Origin: the human T2T-CHM13v2.0 reference genome, Homo sapiens
Direction: 5' to 3' (one strand)
Length of the DNA stretch: 64,000 nt
NCBI RefSeq assembly: GCF_009914755.1
Contig: NC_060936.1
The notes under the pieces were generated by a model, which was not told the DNA's origin, searched no databases, and worked only from the letters and a program-made list of their open reading frames with translations. Below, in pieces: positions 56,563 through 64,000 of this stretch (positions are counted from its first letter, which is position 1; each line of letters opens with the position of its first letter). The position numbers and the translations under genes are program-made.

Positions 56563-56581
56563 TACTGCCACCTAGTGATTC
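56563..56581 (-). promoter_or_regulatory. Candidate CTCF site
   Basis: Minus strand gaaTCACTAGGTGGCAGta, 13/14 match to the CCACTAGGTGGCAG core. Confidence 0.5.
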
Positions 56582-59573
56582 AAGTCAACCATCAGCCCCC
56601 ACACACTCACAGATATACACTAATTAGAATAAGTGACTTTTGTTGTGGCTTCTTCCTCACTCCAAATATCCTGGTAGCAAACTCTTCCTGCAACATTTTA
56701 AGGCCCCCCTCACATGCTTTAAAAATTATAGTAAAAAAGGAGGACAGAATGGTAGGATTGGGAAAGACAAGGGTTAAATGACAGAAGAGACATCAATATA
56801 AGGCAGAAACACCAGAACAGTCGTGTAAATTAGACGAAGAAAAGTAAAGATCAAAAGTAGTGGAAATTAAACATTATTGGTAATAGAAGAAAATAGAAAA
56901 ATTGATGCAAAGATAAGAGAAGACAGCATGAAGGAAAGGGGGCTTTCTGATTTGTTTGTTTTTAAGCAAGTAACAGAAGATGATAAAACAACCATATGTG
57001 GAATTGTGAAATCACCTAACATAAAAAGACAGAGGGATAGCTAACACCAACAGAGATAAAGAAAAATGATGAATGAAAGAAAGTGAATGAACTGAGAGCT
57101 TAATCTTGGAGGAGGGACTTCGAGTTTTTTGTTGTTTTTTAAGTAATAAAACCAGAGTGGCATATTCCTTGTTCAATTTAATATAATTGGAACTATCCAA
57201 CGTCCTAGATGTACAACTCGTTTTCCTTGCCATTTTTTCCCCTCCTATATCTCCAGTACCAATAGTCCTTCTTGATTTTTTTTCTTCATTAACAAAGTTT
57301 TAATTACCTTTTGGCTCCCTTGAGATACTTTTGAACTTGCACCTGGAATCATGGAAATGGGCTGTATCCCAAACTGAAAATTTATTTAGGGAATTTTATT
57401 ATTATGGCACTCTTTGCAATCAATCATATTGAGCAGCCACCCCTTAGCAATGTGCATTCAGGTGACTACTGATACTCAGGTATTGTTATAGTTTGCTGCA
57501 GGGTCACCTACATCAGCAGCAAATAATGACACCTAACATGTACTTCATTTCATGTTTTGGAAGCATTTTAATGTATGTGATATTTTATTTCCCAAAATAT
57601 GGTGTTTGGAAGACAGGGCTGGTAGCATCAGCTCCTTTGATAGATGTGGCATTTGGGTTCTGAAATGTGTCTGAACTTTTCCAAGTACTCGGCTAGTGAG
57701 CTCTTTGTCATCTGACTGTAAGTTTGGCAAATATGCTTTCATTAGCAGTATTTCTATTCTCTTTGAGAGAAGGGAAACTACTTTTCTTTGTTCCAAAGTA
57801 ATATCGGAGTTTGAAGCCAGTGTGCACAAAGCTGGGAAGGAGGTGTTACTACCTCTTTTTTTTTTTTTTACGGGAATCTCTTTGGAGAGAGATTGCTTTG
57901 CTTCCTCCTGAGGGACCTCGTACATTTGAAGGGTTTCTGGCCAGGTTGGAAATGAATTTGAGAAGCCTTTACCTTGTAGGTTTTCCAACATCTTTCTACG
58001 ACTTCTTCCATTTTCAGATTCTATTGTGCATTGCCATACTGAGAGTATTACTTCCTTTGGTGATATACATGAGTGCATATATATATTTGTAAAAAATCGA
58101 TCATTTAAATCTGTTCAAATGCCTTATCTGTGCAGAGAACTGTCCAGAACCCTACAGGGTGTAGAACAATATGCAAAATACTGCTTCTTATTTCATGAAG
58201 TTATAAATTATATAGAGCATTAGAATTGCAGTTTGGATAGATATCCATTGATTTATATTTTCAATAAATAATTATCTGGTATCAGCTATGTATCAGGTCC
58301 TAGATGCTATGTGCTGGGGATACAAGGCAAATACCACCCTGTTCTTACAGAGCTTATTGCTTCGGGAAGGATGGCATGAACATTACTCTTGCTCCTACAC
58401 TACAGCAGCTACTCATAATTGCTTATGGATAATTCCAGGTGTTTATTAGACTTAACTTTTTTTCTAGTTAGGATAAAAGTAGTCCTGTAGCAACCCCTTC
58501 AATTGGTGTACTTCTTTGCAACTTCTACATTTGAAATCTAGGACATTTACTTTTGGTTTTCAAAGAAGAGTATAGCTTGGCTTTTAACAATTTGTTTTCA
58601 GTCTGAACTGGAAAAAAATGACCCAGTTCATCAGATTTACCTAAAATGGGAGGAAACAGTGATATAAATTGGTGCAAAAATATCTATTTAGTTCAACTTG
58701 ATTTTCATGGATTTAGTAGCTTTTAGAGCTATAAGATTTCATCCAGTGTTCAAGTTTTGTAGACCAGAACACTGTTGAATGGATGAAAGGTAAGGGGATA
58801 GGAGGCAAAGGGACAAATTAAGAGAACTTAGCAATACAGGCAAGAGTAGTTAATGATTCACCTTGGTTGGCAGCTGTGAAAATTGAGAAAGATGTAAGTA
58901 GAAATAAGAGAGATTATGGAGGTAAAATCTGCAGAAATTAATATTGATTGTGAGAAAGGAAGGAAACGGAGAACATGCAACTACTGTGAGAATTTTTTTA
59001 GCCTGGTACTGTTACCAGAACTATGGACCACAGAAAGAGAAGTTATTTGAAAGAAATTATAGCTAGACAGAAGCTGCAGTGCTGTGTGACCTGACAACTT
59101 AAAAATAATATAAATAAGTCAGCAGGATGCCCCAGATGAATCTAAGCAGGGATTGAAATTTTGTAGCCAAGGAAACCTATTCTCTGACCACCAGAGGTCC
59201 GTGGGTATGTGTTCGTGAGTATGTGGGCTTTGGGGGTTTTGGCTGAAGAGGGAAGGAAAGGCTGGTGAAAATGCACTTGGAGAGAATAAATAGAGGACAG
59301 GATGGAGTTTCTTCTTTGGTTTTGATGCTACGACTAAGTTGATCTTTAACAGAAAGAGGGCAAGCAAAACCCATCAATAAAAGAAAGCAAGAAGGAAGAG
59401 AGGGAGGGAAACCCTTCACTGCAATTGGAATATTCATTTAGTCCATGTGAAACTCACCCTGGGGACTCTCAGTAATATTTTTGTGTGTGGGAGGGGAGCT
59501 CTTTTGGGAGCTGAAGCTCTTTCATTAGTGAATGGAGACAGGAATCAGGAAATGTAAATTACTATTATTATTA

Positions 59574-60311
59574 CAGTAGTCCCTCCTTATCCATGGGGGG
59601 TAGGTTCCAGGACTTCCAGTGGATGCCTGAAACCATGGATAGTACCAAACCATATATATATATACTATATTTTTTCCTATACATACATACCTGTGATAAA
59701 GTTTAGTTTATACATTAGGCATAATAAGGCACAGTAAGAGATTAGGCATAGTAAGAGATTATAAATTAATAGTATAATAGAATTATAACAATATACTATA
59801 ATAAAAGTTATGTGAATATGGAGTATCTCGCTCTCAAAATATCTTATTGTACTGTACTCATCCTTCTTGTGGTGATGTGAAATGATGAAATGTCTCCATG
59901 ATGATACGAAGTGAAGTGAAGTGAATGACATAGGCATTGTGATGCAGCGTTAGGCTACTACAGTATTGACCTTCTGACCATACATCAGAAAGAGGATCAT
60001 CTGCTTCTGGTGATCTTGGATTATCAAGCTATGACAATGTTGATGGTTGCATGTCAGGAGCAGATAATATTAATGACTAACAGGTAAGTGGCACAGACAG
60101 CATAGATATCCTGGGCAAAGGGTGATTCACATCCTGGGTGGAATGGAGTGGGTTAGCACAAGAGTTCATCACACTACTCAGAATGACAAGCAATTTAAGA
60201 ATTATGAATTGCTTATTTCTGGAATTTTCTATTTAATATTTTTGTACCACAGTTGGCCATGGAATAATGAAACTGTAAATAGAAAAACTATAGAGAAGGC
60301 GGAAATTTCTG
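59574..60311. mobile_element. MER44 (MER44C-like; Tigger7-derived) DNA transposon, essentially full length
   Basis: Termini cagtagtccctccttatcc ... gagaaggcggaaatttctg flanked by TA; MER44 internal motifs; 738 bp. Confidence 0.85.
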
Positions 60312-60482
60312 TATTATTAATGTGACTTTTTTAAACAATAGGGTGATGATTACTGGAGACATCTGAGCTTTGGATAAGAAACTTTGAGAGTTAAACTATT
60401 AAATCAACACACAATGAATCATAATAAAGATATAAAAATGGGTTTCCTGATCCATAGGACTGGGATATAACTTGACATATCT

Positions 60483-60900
60483 AATTGGATAAAGAAAATG
60501 TGGTACATATAGATGATGGAATACTAAAAAGCCATAAAAAGGAACAAGATCATGTCCTTTGCAGCAACATGCATGGAGCTGGAGGCCATTGTCCTAAGCA
60601 CATTATTATAGGAACACAAAACCAACTACAGTTTGTTCTCACTTATAAGTGGGAGCTACATATTGAGTACACATGAACACAAAGAAGAGAACAATAGACC
60701 CTGGGAAAGTAGAGGGTGGGAGGAAGATAGAGATCGAAAAACTACCTATCAGGTACTATGGTTATTACCTTGGTGGTGAAATAATCTGTACACCAAAACC
60801 CGGGGATGTGCAATTTACCCATGTAACAAAGCTGCATATATACCCCCTGAACCTAAAAAAAAAGTTGGAAGGACAAAAAATTTTAAATAACAAAAATAAA
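60483..60900 (+). mobile_element. L1 (L1PA15/16-like) 3' end
   Basis: ggataaagaaaatgtggtacat...gaaaaactacctatcaggtactatg...caatttacccatgtaacaaa...ccccctgaacctaaaa. Confidence 0.88.
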
Positions 60901-60954
60901 TCTGTTAATTAAAAAACATTGATTATCTATGGAAGCCCGGAGGGTGGAAATAAT

Positions 60955-61140
60955 ATCCTTCATTGATTGAGTGCTCACGAAATGCCAGGAACTATGCTAA
61001 ATATTTTACATAATTATCTTATTAATCCTTACAACCGGTGTTGATTTTTTTTTTCACATGAAGAAACAGAAGACTGAGAAGAAAAGAAGCTTGCTCAAGG
61101 TCACATAGAGCTGGAATTTAAATTCAGATCTATTATACTC
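60955..61140 (-). mobile_element. MIR
   Basis: ttgagtgctcacgaaatgccagg...aatccttacaac...cttgctcaaggtcacatag...ctggaatttaaattcag. Confidence 0.7.
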
Positions 61141-62191
61141 TTAAGGACTGTGGAAGGGTGAGTAAGAATAAGTCACATATTTCCAGTGTTTTGCCCCTAT
61201 GATCAAAATTACCCTTATTATGAAGATAGAAATGTCATCATATCTGGGCCCAACTACACTAAATTTTAAATCACCTGACTATGCCTTTTTATTCTGATTC
61301 TCTGATCTCCAATGAACTGTGTCTCTTGGAAAATTATTTGGTAGACATTGATCTTATGAATGTGGCAGTTGATTCCACCAATAAGCACAACCTCATTCTT
61401 AGTCTGCTTAAAAACTAAGATAATACATTGAGGACCAAGGTAATTTCACCCTATGACAACTCTGGAAAGGCAACTAAATGATATCTTCATTCATTTGCTT
61501 GTCCATTTGCTATTCTTCATGATTACTATGTGCAAAGCACTGTGCAAGTCATTGGAGATGCAGTGCTATAACAAGAGTCATATTTTTATTGTTCTCAAGA
61601 CCTAGTATACTAGGAAATAGAGACATGGAAGAAATCTTTGTTCAAGTAGTTAACTTTAATAATTATTGTGGGACCCAAGAAGAATTGCAGGATGTGATGT
61701 AGGTATGGAATAAGCAAACTTATCTGATATAGGGAATCAGAGAAAGTTTACCTGTTGAAATTTCTCTGCATTACATTTTGAATATAAATGTGTTTCTGAT
61801 ACCTCAATAGATTTTTGGGAGATATTGGGCTTTTAATTAAAAATGACCAGTAAGTGATCTAAAATATCTTCCTGGAAGTTGGGGGAGAGAGAGAGAGAGA
61901 GAGAGGGAGCACAAGCTAGAAAATAATGCTGATAGTTTAAATGGTGGGAGTGGATGAAAGCAGACGCAAAGAGGAAATGACAGTCTTTGGGACACCTATC
62001 CTTAGAGGGCAGGAAGAAATTGAGAAACCAAGGAAAGTAAAGTTATAAAGTAACCAGAAAATAAAAAGTGCTGGCATAGTTCAGTATCACAATATTCCAA
62101 GGAAGATAAGATTTAAAAGAGGCAGGAAAGATTGTCACCAGGAACAAAAGCTATGGACAAGAGACATAGATTGAGGACAGGAACTGAAGGT

Positions 62192-62520
62192 TGTGGTAGA
62201 GATTACTGACCTATAATAGACCCATTCTGCTCTTTTCTTTTATAAGCAAATGGATTCCTGTTTCTTAGCTGAGCACAAGGTTGCCCAGTAAAAGAATTAC
62301 ATATATCCACCTATTTTGCATCTTTATGGGCCATATGAATAGTTCTGACAAATTACATAAACAAGAAATATTGAGTGGAGCCCCTGGTAAGTGCTACTCA
62401 AAAAAGGGGAACGTTTCTTTCTTACTCCCTTCATTTAGTTGGTTGCTTGGAATGTTGGTGTCATGCTAAGGGGTCCAGCAATCATGGTAGGCCCTAGAAG
62501 ATGGATACTACATTCCTAAC
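62192..62520 (+). mobile_element. Old MLT1 LTR fragment
   Basis: tgtggtagagatt...gctgagcacaaggttgcccag...ggccatatgaatagttctgaca...gggtccagcaatcatgg. Confidence 0.55.
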
Positions 62521-62849
62521 ATTACAAGGACCTTGAAGAAGTTATACATCTTTCCCCTATTTTCTCCATCCTCAGTGAAGGGGTTAGATTGAATAAGAAA
62601 GAAGAGGGCTCCAATAGAAATTTTGAAGTGTGTATAATGGTGAAATATTGAAGAAGAAAATAAGAGCCTTTCTTCCATTTTTCTGACCAAATAATGATGG
62701 CACTTCCTGTCTTCTTTCACAGTGGGAAAGATAATATAAACTATTAAAAATATATAATTCTAGATCTTACTCTGTAACCTATTATTAAATTTTTGAAGGT
62801 AGCATTTTCACTTTTCTCACCTGTATGTTTCTCCATGGTGTCTAGCAGA

Positions 62850-63328
62850 GGCCATGTCAAATTGCAGAAACTTATCTATTCTCCGTGACCATGACTCCTG
62901 GCCATAACTGAGTGGATGGTGGATAGGACACCCGAGCCAAGTTGGTGCAATCATATTGGCTCTTTCAGGATCTTGGAATTGGGATTTAGAGACCTGTGAC
63001 TTATATGAGTATACTCGGGAGTTATAAGGCAATGGCTGTCTTGTATGTACATAGGCAGAGACAACAGGTATGGAGAGAGAGAATGATAAAGCAGCCATAT
63101 AGAAGAAAGACAGACCGTGTGTTCCTTGAGAGAGAGAGTGTGTAAGAGAGAAAGGTAGAGGTAGGTTGGGAGAGAGTAACAGAGAGAGAGAGAAAGAGAG
63201 AGAGAAAATGATAAAAGAGTAGCTACTTGGATTTTTGATCTGTCTCCAGGCCTTCTGAGGCCTGCTTCCATTTCCACATACCATCACTCAAGATAATCTC
63301 TGTGATGAGTCTTTGTAACTTGCACACC

Positions 63329-63330
<2 letters not shown>
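62850..63330 (+). mobile_element. Old MLT1 (K/L-like) LTR followed by an A27 run
   Basis: ctggccataactgag...gacacccgagccaag..ggtgcaatca...tttgtaacttgca. Confidence 0.5.
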
Positions 63331-63359
<29 letters not shown>

Positions 63360-63869
63360 TCATGCATGATAAATTATTCCGTGCAGTTCCACAGAGATCT
63401 TCTAAGGGAAAGAAAATATAAGTCCACTTAACCCAATCTCAGAATGGCCTTATTTTAGTTTTGTGATGGTTGCTAGTGGTCCAGAGTATTTTTCAGGTTC
63501 CAAGGGAGACATGGAGATGTGGGACTATTCAAACAGCTGGAACTTGAGGATGTACTTGGGGCTATAGTTAGAGGTGATGATAGAAGTGAAAAAAGTGAAT
63601 AAGATGCTCAACTTTTAATTTTACAAGCTCAAACACTCAAGAAACCAAAGCATCGTGAATGGAAAAGATAGGGTACATTTCTAACTTTAAAATAATTATA
63701 ATCTAGGTAGAGAACAGTAAAATATACACATATGCACCCAGAACTAAATGAGTGCTACAGATTATAAGCATTATAAGATATAAAGAAGATAGCTATTATT
63801 GCTGGGCTATTGTTTTCAGGTATTAATAACGTCAGGTTTGGTTTAGGCTATAAAGGACAACTTTGCTCT

Positions 63870-63995
63870 CACAATGGAAAATGTAGTGACTTGAGGTCAG
63901 CTTTTCTACTGACTAGATATGTGACTGTGATCAGTCACTTTACCTTTCCAATTTCACAGCAGTTTCCTCCTCTGTAAAATGAGGGCTGTGTATTG
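63870..63995 (+). mobile_element. MIR fragment
   Basis: ctactgactagatatgtgactgtg..cagtcacttta...cagtttcctcctctgtaaaatgaggg. Confidence 0.7.
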
Positions 63996-64000
63996 GATTC

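Noticed and set aside
57545-58078. 177-aa minus-strand ORF, the longest in non-repeat sequence
   Set aside because: No recognisable homology, runs through a T14 homopolymer, and has no poly(A)/TSD signature of a processed pseudogene; compatible with chance
59989-60089. Perfect CAG|GTAAGT donor inside MER44
   Set aside because: Only a weak upstream acceptor; isolated donors are frequent by chance

Overview
This window is AT-rich primate (most likely human) non-coding genomic DNA, either intergenic or deep intronic. I find no credible protein-coding gene, structural RNA gene, CRISPR array or CpG island. The ORF track is explained by Alu, L1, LTR and microsatellite sequence or by chance. Much of the window is interspersed repeat: 16 Alu elements, 5 clear L1 3' fragments, many MaLR/ERVL LTRs (MLT1, MLT2, MST, THE1), DNA-transposon fossils (MER20, MER5, MER44) and MIR/L2 remnants. 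Points worth follow-up: (1) an ancient L3/CR1 LINE whose endonuclease, RT and C-terminal ORF2 motifs are still readable in order over ~3 kb; (2) two near-consensus + strand exons linked to CA and UG microsatellites, candidate hnRNP L- and TDP-43-controlled cryptic or lncRNA exons; (3) a 1.2-kb AT-rich tract with three copies of a 23-bp island and perfect palindromes; (4) a twin-primed inverted L1 and a chimeric AluY, each inside one TSD pair; (5) a 32-bp GC-rich near-palindrome, a dense enhancer-like motif cluster and a strong CTCF motif. I cannot identify the locus, and I see no evidence for a new protein-based system. Repeat subfamily names come from recalled consensus sequences, and some boundaries are approximate.
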